From assembly GCA_913055735.1 (NCBI GenBank), contig CAJXKD010000001.1, forward strand, positions 1,520,281 through 1,584,280: a DNA stretch of 64,000 nucleotides, in the 5' to 3' direction. The notes beneath the pieces were generated by a model. That model did no database searches. It was not told where the DNA came from and was given only the letters and a program-made list of their open reading frames with translations. A program made the translations under genes and the position numbers. Origin of the DNA: an uncultured Rhodospirillales bacterium. GTDB taxonomy: Bacteria; Pseudomonadota; Alphaproteobacteria; Rhodospirillales; UBA2165. Of this stretch, positions 1 to 9,260 are shown piece by piece (the stretch's first letter is position 1; each line of letters starts with the position of its first letter).

Positions 1-114
1 ACTCTCCGTCATCGAGAACTCCGGTTTATTGAGAGTGGCAGGCGACGGCGGCGGTATAGCAAACCGTCCGGGAGTGGGCCAGCCGGAATCTTTACGAAAC
101 TCTTTGGGAGCGCA

Positions 115-2019
115 CTACTCGGCAGCCGAGGCTTTTGCCGAAACGGATCGGGCGCCCTGGTATTCGGGGACCAGGGTCTTGGTTGCAGCCATCACGCGGT
201 CGATGTTTTCTTCCTTGCAGGCGACATCGATGCTTTGGAGTTCCGCCTCGACCGCCGGCAGCGGCATGGTGCGCGGCAACGCAAGGAGCAGCCCTTCGCA
301 CCGCGTGGGCACCAGAGGTTCGCCGCCGTGGAAAATCTCCTCGAAAAGTTTCTCCCCGGGGCGTAATCCGATGAAGTCGATCTTCACATCTTCGTCGACG
401 CGCAGACCGGCAAGCCGGATCATCTGTTTGGCAAGATCGACGATCTTTACCGGCTCACCCATATCCAACACGAAAATCTCGCCGTTTCCGGCTTCCGTTT
501 GGCTGCCGAGGGCCGAGGCCTGGAGCACGAGTTCCACCGCTTCACGAATGGTCATGAAGTACCGCTTCATATCGGGATGGGTAACGGTCAAGGGGCCGCC
601 CTTGGCAAGCTGTTCGCGGAACAACTCCACGACCGATCCCGTCGATCCGAGAACATTGCCGAACCTAACCGTGATGAACTCCGGATCGGTTTCCTTGCGC
701 GCGGCGTTGAGCGCCTGGCAATAGATTTCCGCGATCCGCTTCGATGCACCCATCATGCTGGTGGGGTTGACGGCTTTGTCGGTCGAAATCTGAACAACGG
801 CGCGTACACCCGCATCGCGGCTGGCATCGGCAACATTCTTAGTGCCGATCACGTTGGTCGCCATACCCTCGAATACGTTCGTCTCGACCAGGGGAACGTG
901 TTTAAGCGCCGCCGCATGGAAGACGAGCTCCGGGCGTTCATCGGCAAATATTTTCGTGATGCGGGTGCGGTCCCGGACGTCTGCAATCAAGGACGTTCGG
1001 GCCAAGTGGGGCCATTTTTCGTCGACTTCCCGGTCGATGTTGAACAAGTTGTATTCGGACGCGTCTATCAGGATCAGGTGCGCCGGACCGAGATCGGATA
1101 TTTGGCGTACGAGCTCGCTGCCGATACTGCCGCCGGCGCCGGTTACCAGAACGCGTCTGTCCTTAATCAAGGCACGGACGGGCTCGCGGTTAAGCGCCTT
1201 TTGGGGGCGTCCGAGCAAGTCTTCGACGTCGACCGGTCTAACTTCGATCGCGCCGTCAACGCTTTTGCGGAAGTCCGTCAGTGCGGGCATGCGTGCGAGG
1301 GTCATGCCCAGCGAGTCGCAGTCCTGCAGCAGTTTTTGGAGTTGGATGCCGTCGAACGTATCCGCGGTGACGATAACCCGGCTTGGTTTTTGCGCGCGCC
1401 TTTCCAATTGTTTGACGATCGTGGCAATGTCGTCGACGGTACCCATCACTTGAACATCGTGAATACCCCTGCCAACCCGGCCCCCGGTGCGCGCGACGAT
1501 ACCGACGACGTGGTAGTTGGCGCCCGGGCGATTCATCGCCCGGATGAACATCTCCGCGCCATCGCCGGCACCGGCCAACAAGACGGGGACACGCGTGTCC
1601 CCTTCGCGGTAAAGAGACCAATCGAGCCCCCGGTCCTTGAACAGCCGATAAATAAACCGCGGCCCGCCGAGAAGCGCGATCAGAATGAACCAATTGATAA
1701 CCGGGAGGGATCGCGGCAAATCTTCGAGCCGCGTGGTTGCGAACATGATCACGACGAAAATCAAAACGGCGAGACTGGCGGACTTGGTGATGGTGATCAG
1801 GTCCGGCAGAGAGGCATAGCGCCAGACGCCGCGGTACATGCGCATCGACCAGAAAACGGATGCCGATACCAGGGTGAACACGATGGTCCCCAGAACCAGC
1901 ATTTGCATGTCGTAATAGATGATCGCGTCGCCGACCCTGAGATACATGGACAGGACAAACGCGACCGCGGCCATGATGACATCATGGGCAAAAGCAACAT
2001 AAGCGCGGTTGACGTTCAT
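115..2019 (-). CDS. Membrane-anchored nucleotide-sugar 4,6-dehydratase, CapD/WbpM/PglF family
   Basis: 634-aa ORF with ATG start. Hydrophobic N-terminal helices are followed by the Rossmann motif VLVTGAGGSIGSEL and the MGASKRIAE catalytic region typical of CapD/WbpM/PglF proteins. Confidence 0.9.
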   Translation of the reverse strand: MNVNRAYVAFAHDVIMAAVAFVLSMYLRVGDAIIYYDMQMLVLGTIVFTLVSASVFWSMRMYRGVWRYASLPDLITITKSASLAVLIFVVIMFATTRLEDLPRSLPVINWFILIALLGGPRFIYRLFKDRGLDWSLYREGDTRVPVLLAGAGDGAEMFIRAMNRPGANYHVVGIVARTGGRVGRGIHDVQVMGTVDDIATIVKQLERRAQKPSRVIVTADTFDGIQLQKLLQDCDSLGMTLARMPALTDFRKSVDGAIEVRPVDVEDLLGRPQKALNREPVRALIKDRRVLVTGAGGSIGSELVRQISDLGPAHLILIDASEYNLFNIDREVDEKWPHLARTSLIADVRDRTRITKIFADERPELVFHAAALKHVPLVETNVFEGMATNVIGTKNVADASRDAGVRAVVQISTDKAVNPTSMMGASKRIAEIYCQALNAARKETDPEFITVRFGNVLGSTGSVVELFREQLAKGGPLTVTHPDMKRYFMTIREAVELVLQASALGSQTEAGNGEIFVLDMGEPVKIVDLAKQMIRLAGLRVDEDVKIDFIGLRPGEKLFEEIFHGGEPLVPTRCEGLLLALPRTMPLPAVEAELQSIDVACKEENIDRVMAATKTLVPEYQGARSVSAKASAAE

Positions 2020-2127
2020 TTGCCGGTCAATCTTCCTGCTTGGTTTTCGGTCCCGTCGGCGTAACGGAAGTTAGCACACCCGGACAGGGACGCCATACTA
2101 TTGGTTTTCCTCAGGGAATCCCGTGTC

Positions 2128-3096
2128 TTAAGGCTGGGAACGGAACCAAGCCACCGTTTTGGAGAGCCCGCTATCAAATGTTTCGGGCGGCGCCCACCCC
2201 AGGAAAGAGCGGATTTTCCGGTCATTCAGGACCAGCGTTCCGGTAAGTCGCTGGATTTGATCCCTTTTGCCGGTCACGGTACCGAGGAGCCCAAGCAGGC
2301 TTCGGGGGGCGTTCATCAAGCGGGGCGGGCGTCCCAATTTCCCGCGAATGCGGCGGATCAGCTCCGCTGTGGAGACCGGCTCGCCGTCGCTGACGAAAAA
2401 GGCCTCGCCCGCTGCCTTCGGGTGCTCGGCGGCGACGGCGATGGCATCGCCAAGGTTATCCGCCGAGATCAGGCTGCGTTTATTGGCGACAGCGCCAAAG
2501 GGCAACGGAAACGGCGTATCGCAGAGGCGAAGCAAGGCAAGGAAATTTCCTTTGACGTGCGGTCCGTAAACCAATGGGGGGCGCAGGATTACGGTTTCCA
2601 GCCGCGACGACCGGGTGATGTCCGCCAACACCTGCTCCGCTTCCAGCTTGCTGATCCCATAAGCGTCTTCGGGAGCCGGTGGGGTGGTTTCATCGAGGCC
2701 GTCGGTGCTGCTGGTTTCTCCGATCGCTTTGACCGAGCTCAGAAATACCAGGCGTTTTACGCCCGCTGCGACGGCCGCTTCCGCCAACCGGCGGGTGCCG
2801 TCGACATTGACGCGCAGGTAGTCGGCCAAGAGGGTTCCTTGTGGGTCGCGTGCCTTGTCGGTCATGACATGGGTGCGCGCGGCGAGATGGACGATGATAT
2901 CGGCGCCGGCGACGGCCCGCGACCAATCCATGTCCGGACCGAATTCCGGCACCACGTAGAGAGGCGTTCCTTCCGGCCCGGCCCGGTGGGCGGTGTTACG
3001 TGTTGTGCCTGAAAGAAGATGGCCGCGCTTCCGCAACGCCATACAGACGGCATGGCCGACGAACCCATTGGCGCCCGTAATGAGTACCCTGCTCAT
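2128..3096 (-). CDS. NAD-dependent sugar epimerase/dehydratase (extended SDR, GalE/WbpK-like)
   Basis: 322 aa. N-terminal ITGANGFVGHAV glycine-rich motif and YGISK (YxxxK). ATGA start/stop overlap with the upstream gene at 3093-3096. Confidence 0.75.
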   Translation of the reverse strand: MSRVLITGANGFVGHAVCMALRKRGHLLSGTTRNTAHRAGPEGTPLYVVPEFGPDMDWSRAVAGADIIVHLAARTHVMTDKARDPQGTLLADYLRVNVDGTRRLAEAAVAAGVKRLVFLSSVKAIGETSSTDGLDETTPPAPEDAYGISKLEAEQVLADITRSSRLETVILRPPLVYGPHVKGNFLALLRLCDTPFPLPFGAVANKRSLISADNLGDAIAVAAEHPKAAGEAFFVSDGEPVSTAELIRRIRGKLGRPPRLMNAPRSLLGLLGTVTGKRDQIQRLTGTLVLNDRKIRSFLGWAPPETFDSGLSKTVAWFRSQP

Positions 3097-4364
3097 TGAG
3101 CCGCCGACAAGGTATCGACGGCGCGGGCGGCATGGTTTCCCTCACCTCCGGCCGCCTGTTCGTAGACAGTGAGCACCTTCCGCGCCTGGGCCTCGCGGCT
3201 ATGGCGGGGCGCCGCCGCCAGCGCCGCTGCGGCAAGGCGCGCGCGTAACTCGCTATCGGTGGCGAACTTTAGGGCCGCCTCCGCGAGCGCGTCGGCATCT
3301 TCGGCGGCGACAACCAGGCCGGCATTCTCACCGGCAACGATCGCGCTTGCTTCACCGGCGGGGGCGGCGAGGAGGATGGGGAGACCCATGGCCATCGCTT
3401 CGAAGATCTTCGACGGAATGACCCCGGCGAAGACGGAAGAATTCTTGAGATGGACCAGGGCAACGTCGCATAGGCTCCATACCGCGGGCATGGCGCTTTT
3501 GGGTTGCGATGGCATGAAGACGATATTCGTCAGGTTTCGGCGCTTTGCTTCGGCAATAAGGTGATCGCGCTCGGCTCCGGCACCGGCAAGAAGGAAGCGG
3601 ATATTGTCCCGATCGCGAAGCTTCTCGGCGGCATCGAGGACATTGCCGAGGGCGTGTGCCATGCCGTGGGTGCCGACATATCCGATGACGAATTTGCCGG
3701 TGAGTCCCCATTTTTCGGCTAGTTCCGGATCGCGCGTTTGCGGGCTATAGCGGGACGTGTCGACCCCGTTGATGACGACCGCGATCTTGCCGGGATCGAT
3801 CCCGCGTGAGACGAGGTTTGTCTTGAAGGATTTAGTAAGGGCGATGATCGACGCGGATTGCCGGTAAAGAAACAACTCGAGCTTTTCCAGCGACCGGATC
3901 GCGATACCCCGCTTCATAGCGCCGACCGCTTCGATGGAGACCGGCCATAAATCACCAAGTTCGAAGACGAAGGGAACGCGGCGCAAGGCGCCCACCAACC
4001 ATCCCGCAACGGCGGAGAAAAATTGCGGCGATGTTGCCGTGACGATGTCGGGACGTTGCTGGGCCAGTGCCCCTATGGTGCCGGTGACGAGGAAACTGAG
4101 AAAGTCGAATGTTCGACGCGTCACGCCGCGGTTTGCGGCGATGTAGGTTTTGACCCGCACGACACGAATGCCGTCCATCTCTTCCGTTTGATACCACCGG
4201 TTCCGGTAGCCATCGAACAACTTGCCATGGGGAAAGTTCGGCGCACAGGTAACGACGGTAACCTCATGTCCCCATTTCGCCCAATAGACGGCCCGTTCAT
4301 AGACGCGGGTGGCGGCGGCATTGGTTTCCGGCGGAAAATTCTCGGTCAGGAAAAGGATTTTCAT
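3093..4364 (-). CDS. Glycosyltransferase family 4 (GT-B), WbuB-like
   Basis: 423 aa. The N-terminus MKILFLTENFPPETNAAATR and the C-terminal SKIFEAMAMGLPIL (E-x7-E region) are typical of WbuB-type GT4 enzymes. ATGA overlaps on both sides. Confidence 0.75.
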   Translation of the reverse strand: MKILFLTENFPPETNAAATRVYERAVYWAKWGHEVTVVTCAPNFPHGKLFDGYRNRWYQTEEMDGIRVVRVKTYIAANRGVTRRTFDFLSFLVTGTIGALAQQRPDIVTATSPQFFSAVAGWLVGALRRVPFVFELGDLWPVSIEAVGAMKRGIAIRSLEKLELFLYRQSASIIALTKSFKTNLVSRGIDPGKIAVVINGVDTSRYSPQTRDPELAEKWGLTGKFVIGYVGTHGMAHALGNVLDAAEKLRDRDNIRFLLAGAGAERDHLIAEAKRRNLTNIVFMPSQPKSAMPAVWSLCDVALVHLKNSSVFAGVIPSKIFEAMAMGLPILLAAPAGEASAIVAGENAGLVVAAEDADALAEAALKFATDSELRARLAAAALAAAPRHSREAQARKVLTVYEQAAGGEGNHAARAVDTLSAAQ

Positions 4365-5371
4365 GCCGTGGCTCCCTTGCGCCAGGGGCCGACGAGATAA
4401 ATCAACAGCAGGACAACCATGATGCCGGCCCCGACGAGGGCCGGCAGAGGGTCACTGATCGAAAGGGAGGCAAGGCCGATCAGCACCAGATTGCAGATGG
4501 CAATTGCCGAGGAAACCGCCGCATGGCTTTTGCCTGCCTGTACCGCGCGTTGATAGAAATGATTGCGGTGGGCTTGCCATACACGCTCACCGCGTACGGC
4601 ACGCCGGATCAGCGTAATTGTCGCATCGACTAAATAATAGAGGGGCAGGATAAGTGCCGCGGCCCATTGCCCCTCCGCGGCCAACCGCAACAAGAGCCAG
4701 CCGAGCAAGAATCCGAGGGGGATGCTGCCGATATCCCCGAGGAAGATACGCGCCGGATGCCAATTCCACTTGAGAAAACCGATGGCCGCGCCCGCCATCA
4801 CCGCGCCGGCAAGGCCGAGTTCTTGTGTCGTTGCGGTCACGCCGAAAATCAGTGCTGACCCAAGACCGATGGAAACCGTTTCGACTCCCGCGATCCCATC
4901 GATGCCGTCCATGAAATTGAATAGGTTTATGAACCAAATCCACAGCAAAAGGGCGGCGATCCGATCCAGGATGCCGGGCAACAAACCTTGAAATATGGGG
5001 GAGGATGGCGGGACGGCCGCGAGGACAAGGCCGGCGGCGGCGATATGCGCCAAAAGCCGCCATTTCGGGGCGATACCGCCGGTGTCGTCTTTCCAGGAAA
5101 TCCAGGCGAGGCCGATGGCGGCGCCGATCAAACAGACGAGTTCTGTTTGAAAGGAGTCGGGACTATTGAGCGCATAAGCAGCGATCCAGCCCAGAAATAT
5201 GATGGGAATGATCGCCCAGCCGCCGCCACGAACCGTGGGTTCTTCGTGGCTGGAGCGTTCATTCGGAACGTCCAGTATGGCCCGGTCGGCGAGCCGTTGC
5301 CGAACGAACCCGGTGGCGATGAGCGCAAGGACGGCGGAGAGCCCAAACGCGATGACGAAGCCGACGATCAT
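4361..5371 (-). CDS. Polyprenol-phosphate:HexNAc-1-phosphate transferase (WecA/WbpL/MraY superfamily), initiating enzyme
   Basis: 336 aa, hydrophobic throughout (about 10 helices). Carries the signature NLFNFMDGIDGIAG. Confidence 0.85.
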   Translation of the reverse strand: MIVGFVIAFGLSAVLALIATGFVRQRLADRAILDVPNERSSHEEPTVRGGGWAIIPIIFLGWIAAYALNSPDSFQTELVCLIGAAIGLAWISWKDDTGGIAPKWRLLAHIAAAGLVLAAVPPSSPIFQGLLPGILDRIAALLLWIWFINLFNFMDGIDGIAGVETVSIGLGSALIFGVTATTQELGLAGAVMAGAAIGFLKWNWHPARIFLGDIGSIPLGFLLGWLLLRLAAEGQWAAALILPLYYLVDATITLIRRAVRGERVWQAHRNHFYQRAVQAGKSHAAVSSAIAICNLVLIGLASLSISDPLPALVGAGIMVVLLLIYLVGPWRKGATA

Positions 5372-5439
5372 GGAGCCTGTATACCCCAGATGAGTCGCGC
5401 GTCAATCAGTGCGATGGGGCCGCGCGGAAGGGGATGGCG

Positions 5440-6405
5440 TTATGTCGGTTCGGATTGCCCATCCAACTGCACTTGGCAGTCAGCGAGGATACGGACAACG
5501 TCGACGCCGAGCGCGAGGCTCCTACCCGCTTTGTGACCGTTGGTCGCCCCATTGATCGCGCGGCAGAATTCTTCGACGGCGACGGTTAGGGGCAACGCAT
5601 CGTCGAGGGCAATGGGCTTGGGGCCCTCCCCTTTGTCTTCGACCAATTTGTTGTTACCGACATCGTCATATATCCAGACGCCGTCATCCGTCCGGACCTC
5701 GAAACGCCGCATTTTTCGGGGCAACATGTTGGATACCCGGATATCTGCTGCAATATCGCGTTCGAATGTCAGTTCGATCGCAACGCTTTCTCCGATGCCG
5801 TCGACCAGAGACTGCAGTTCCGTACGCCGGGCGGTGATGGTGGTCGGGTAAAGGCCGAGAAGTGCGAGAATCATCGCCACATCGTGGCTCGCCCAGTCCC
5901 AAAGGACGGGAACGTTGGTTCTAAACGGCCCCCGATTTCCGGCAGCGCTTGAAATGCTGACGGAGCTTGTTGTGCTCGACATGGATCGCCGTTTCAGTTC
6001 TCGGAACGCCGGGCTGAAAAGGTGGGTGTGGTCGACGACGACCAACCCGTCTTGGCTCCGTTGAAGATCCAATAGGCGCTCCGCCTGCCCGATATCCATC
6101 GTCAGGGGTTTTTCCACCAAAACCGGCTTGCGGCTCAAAATGGCCGCTTCGGCCATCTCGGCATGCAACGCGGGCGGCGTGGCGATGATGACACCGTCGA
6201 GGTCGGATCGGGCAATGAGCGTATGCCAATCTTGCGTCATGACGCAGGAAGGTTCGACCAAGGACGCGGTCACCGGATTGCGGCTGGCAATGGCGCGCAG
6301 TTCGATGCCGGGTAGGTCTTGTATCGTTTGGATATAAGCCCTGCCCCAACGGCCGGCCCCGATCAGGCCCAGTTTCACGGGAGGGCTGATCGCAGAAGCG
6401 TTCAT
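5440..6405 (-). CDS. Gfo/Idh/MocA family sugar oxidoreductase
   Basis: 321 aa. N-terminal dinucleotide fold KLGLIGAGRWG and the conserved VLVEKP segment. Confidence 0.7.
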   Translation of the reverse strand: MNASAISPPVKLGLIGAGRWGRAYIQTIQDLPGIELRAIASRNPVTASLVEPSCVMTQDWHTLIARSDLDGVIIATPPALHAEMAEAAILSRKPVLVEKPLTMDIGQAERLLDLQRSQDGLVVVDHTHLFSPAFRELKRRSMSSTTSSVSISSAAGNRGPFRTNVPVLWDWASHDVAMILALLGLYPTTITARRTELQSLVDGIGESVAIELTFERDIAADIRVSNMLPRKMRRFEVRTDDGVWIYDDVGNNKLVEDKGEGPKPIALDDALPLTVAVEEFCRAINGATNGHKAGRSLALGVDVVRILADCQVQLDGQSEPT

Positions 6406-6415
6406 CGTCTGCGGG

Positions 6416-7477
6416 CTATAACTGTCCCGTATACGCTTGATCGCTCCAGTTCAAAAACCGGGAAAGTCCTTCATCCAGCTCAATACGTGGGTGGAAGCCG
6501 AGTTGAAGACGGGCTTTGCGGATGTCGGGGCTCCGGCGCATGGGTTCATCGGCCGGATAACTGTCGGGGTATTCGATCAGATTGAATTCTACGTCGCGGT
6601 GACTCACCGCCTTCATCCTGTGGGCGAGGTCGATCATCGAGATTTCCGGTTGAGGGTTGCCGATGTTGTAGGCCTCTCCCGCCACACCGTTCAGAAAAAC
6701 AAGAATGAACCCGAAGATCGCATCCGTGACGTAGCAAAACGTTCGCGTCTGACTTCCGGAGCCATAGACATTAAGTGGCTGGCCCGCCTTGATTCGATTG
6801 GCGAAATTGGGCAGGACCCGATAGTCGGTTTCCTGCATGCCGGGCCCATAAATGTTGAATGGCCGGATAACGTTGGTGTGGGTGCCGTTCTTATTGTGGA
6901 AGATGTAGCACAAGGTCTCACCGACGCGCTTACTCTCGTCGTAGCAGGCGCGCGGACCCTGGCAGGAAACGTTGCCACGATAGCTCTCGGCCATGGGAAC
7001 GTGTTTGGGGTCCGGATCTCCATAGATTTCGCTCGAAGAGAAAAACGTAAAACGAGCATCGTGCTGGTCTGCGAGTTCCAACATGTTGCGGGTGCCGGTG
7101 ATGGCAACTTCCAGCGTCTCCAGCGGGTAGGCTCGGTAATAGAATGGGCTCGCGATGCCGGCGGCGTGGATGACATAGTCGATGGAACGGTCCGTCGAAT
7201 ACGGATTGATCACATCGTGCTCCACGAACGTGAGATTTTCGGACTGCGGTATTTCCGCGCCTGCATCGCCCGCGGTGATGAGATTGTCGAGCGCAACAAT
7301 GTGGACTGGTTTTTCGAGCAGCTTTTCATTCAACCGGAGAAATACATCGGTGAAATAACGGCCGAGAAATCCCCGGGCACCGGTGAGCAAAACCGTTTTC
7401 CCGGCAAACGCTTGTGCCACGGCGCCCAGGCGGGCGCAAATTTCGTCGATGTCGCTTGAAAGGAGAGGGGCTGTCAC
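6416..7477 (-). CDS. UDP-glucuronate decarboxylase-like extended SDR (UXS / ArnA C-terminal type)
   Basis: 353 aa with GTG start. Motifs VLLTGARGFLGRY, YDESKRVGE (YxxxK) and VIRPFNIYGPG. Confidence 0.75.
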   Translation of the reverse strand: MTAPLLSSDIDEICARLGAVAQAFAGKTVLLTGARGFLGRYFTDVFLRLNEKLLEKPVHIVALDNLITAGDAGAEIPQSENLTFVEHDVINPYSTDRSIDYVIHAAGIASPFYYRAYPLETLEVAITGTRNMLELADQHDARFTFFSSSEIYGDPDPKHVPMAESYRGNVSCQGPRACYDESKRVGETLCYIFHNKNGTHTNVIRPFNIYGPGMQETDYRVLPNFANRIKAGQPLNVYGSGSQTRTFCYVTDAIFGFILVFLNGVAGEAYNIGNPQPEISMIDLAHRMKAVSHRDVEFNLIEYPDSYPADEPMRRSPDIRKARLQLGFHPRIELDEGLSRFLNWSDQAYTGQL

Positions 7478-7479
7478 GG

Positions 7480-8724
7480 CTAGAACATCCTCACGTTGGG
7501 GAGCGGGACAATAAATCGGCCGCCGTCTTCGCTAAAGGCACGATGGTTGGCCATGATGGGCTCGGCAAAATTCCACGCAAGTACAATCAGATAGTCCGGC
7601 CGCCGATCATAGATCGCCTCACTAGGCAGAACCGGCACATGAAGACCGGGCGAATATAGTCCCTGTTTCCACGGGCTGTCGTCGGCGATGAAATCGATCA
7701 CGGTTCCATCCAGGCCGAAATGATACATCAAGGTGGTTGCCTTGGCGGGGGCGCCGTATCCGGCGATCGTCGCGCCGCCCGATTTAAGCTTGGCGAGCAA
7801 GCCCGTAAGCTCGGCTTTTACGAAATCAATACGAGTTGAAAATCGCGAAAGCGTTTCTGCCTTGTCGAGACCCATCGCGCGTTCTTCGTCGAGGCGCTCG
7901 GCGACGGTTCCGTCGCCGGTATCGTTCGCGCCGGCCAACCGAACGTGACAACGAAGACTGCCGCCATGTGTGTCGATCCGTTCGGCCCGGGTCAGCTTCA
8001 GTCCGTGGGCGGCAAAGAAGCGCTCAAGCGGGAGCACCGAATGATAGGAAAGATGTTCATGATAAATCGTGTCGAAGAGGGTTTTTTCGTAGACATCGGC
8101 GAGATAGGAAACCTCGAACACGAACACCCCGTCATCCGCCAACAAAGTCCGGATGCCGTCGGCGATCTCTCCCAGATCGTCGGCATGGGCGAAGACATTG
8201 TTCGCCGTGATCACATGCGCCGGCCCCCGTTCCCGCCGCAGTTTGCCGGCCAACGCGCTATCGAAGAAGACGGGCAAGGTCTCGATGCCGCCCTCGGTAG
8301 CCTGCCGGGCGATTTTGCGGGCGGGATCAACTCCTAAAACCGACATCCCCGCCTTCTTGAAAAAACCGAGAAGGGTGCCGTCGTTCGAGCCGATGTCGAG
8401 AACCAGGCTTCCCGACGGTGGCGCGTATGTTCGTAGGATGTCTCCTGCGTAGCTCTCAAAATGGCCGACGAACGCGGGGGATGTGCCCGACACATAGACG
8501 TAATTTTCGAACAACAACTTCGGATCGACGACGTTTGACAGCTGCACATGGCAGCATGCGTTGCAGAACATAACGTCGAGAGGATAGACCTCTTGCGGTT
8601 GATCCAGTGCGTCGGCGGTGACGAATGCATTGGCGGGCGGCGTCGGTGTTAGAGACAGCACCGGGACAAGATCGCGGCCGCCACAGAGGCGGCAATCTTT
8701 GCGGATATGATGAAGGGGCGCCAC
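7480..8724 (-). CDS. NDP-hexose C-methyltransferase (TylCIII-like, class I SAM MTase with Zn-ribbon)
   Basis: 414 aa with GTG start. N-terminal Cys pairs CRLCGG...CNACCHVQL, SAM motif LVLDIGSNDGTL, and a C-terminal domain as in sugar C-methyltransferases. Confidence 0.75.
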   Translation of the reverse strand: MAPLHHIRKDCRLCGGRDLVPVLSLTPTPPANAFVTADALDQPQEVYPLDVMFCNACCHVQLSNVVDPKLLFENYVYVSGTSPAFVGHFESYAGDILRTYAPPSGSLVLDIGSNDGTLLGFFKKAGMSVLGVDPARKIARQATEGGIETLPVFFDSALAGKLRRERGPAHVITANNVFAHADDLGEIADGIRTLLADDGVFVFEVSYLADVYEKTLFDTIYHEHLSYHSVLPLERFFAAHGLKLTRAERIDTHGGSLRCHVRLAGANDTGDGTVAERLDEERAMGLDKAETLSRFSTRIDFVKAELTGLLAKLKSGGATIAGYGAPAKATTLMYHFGLDGTVIDFIADDSPWKQGLYSPGLHVPVLPSEAIYDRRPDYLIVLAWNFAEPIMANHRAFSEDGGRFIVPLPNVRMF

Positions 8725-8736
8725 CGGTGATCAGGA

Positions 8737-9195
8737 TCAATGATCGTGCTTGTGTTCCGGTGTCGGATTGATCGGGTCTATGCGCACGACGTCCGCTTCG
8801 TAGACTTCCTGCTCGCGGGAATTGCGGCCGAGCGTCAGAAAAACCGTATCTTCCAGGAACACCATCGCGTGATCTTCCATAGGGGGCGTGAAGAAAAGCT
8901 GGCCGGGGCCAACGGTCACCTTGCCGGCATCCGCGGAGCTACCATGGGGCCGATGGTAGTAGTCGATGGAACCGGAGATCACGTAGCAATAATGCCAATC
9001 CGTCTTGTGATAATGATTGGCGCGGACGGAGCCCTTCTTGGACGTGATCATGACGGCACTTTTCATAACCATATCAACCAAGGGGATGATTTCTCCGCGG
9101 TCATCCTTGAATGATTTATCCAACGGCACGATAACGCCTTTGGGCCAGCTGGCGCGTTCCTCATCGGTCGGCGGTTCGAGGATGATTTCCGTCAT
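8737..9195 (-). CDS. RmlC-like cupin (NDP-sugar epimerase/isomerase-like)
   Basis: 152 aa. FKDDRGEI plus a His-rich strand RANHYHKTDWHY. Sits directly downstream of the C-methyltransferase. Confidence 0.55.
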   Translation of the reverse strand: MTEIILEPPTDEERASWPKGVIVPLDKSFKDDRGEIIPLVDMVMKSAVMITSKKGSVRANHYHKTDWHYCYVISGSIDYYHRPHGSSADAGKVTVGPGQLFFTPPMEDHAMVFLEDTVFLTLGRNSREQEVYEADVVRIDPINPTPEHKHDH

Positions 9196-9260
9196 TCAGT
9201 TTCTCCACGTGTTCTTGTCGATTTCTGCACCGCTGAGAGTCAACAAATTCTTTACGCGGC

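Noticed and set aside
41-60. GGCGGTA string resembling the first 7 nt of the ops/JUMPStart element (GGCGGTAGnnTG)
   Set aside because: Only 7 of 12 positions match. It lies on the plus strand downstream of a minus-strand gene rather than in an operon leader. The real operon leaders (12016-12083, 61219-61605) contain no ops-like sequence.
1-114. Possible start of a further minus-strand gene (ATG at 12-10, preceded by GGAG 6 nt upstream)
   Set aside because: Only four codons lie inside the window, which is far too little to support a feature.
499-2064. 521-aa plus-strand ORF, one of the longest in the track
   Set aside because: It lies entirely antisense to the CapD/WbpM-like gene (115-2019), which has clear family motifs. 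Its own translation is low-complexity and Arg/Gly/Ala/Pro-rich, with no recognisable domain. This is a typical shadow ORF of GC-rich coding DNA.
6437-7459. 340-aa plus-strand ORF almost exactly mirroring the UXS-like gene
   Set aside because: It is antisense to a gene with unambiguous SDR motifs (GARGFLGRY, YDESK). The mirror ORF has no motifs. I treat it as a codon-bias shadow rather than an overlapping gene.
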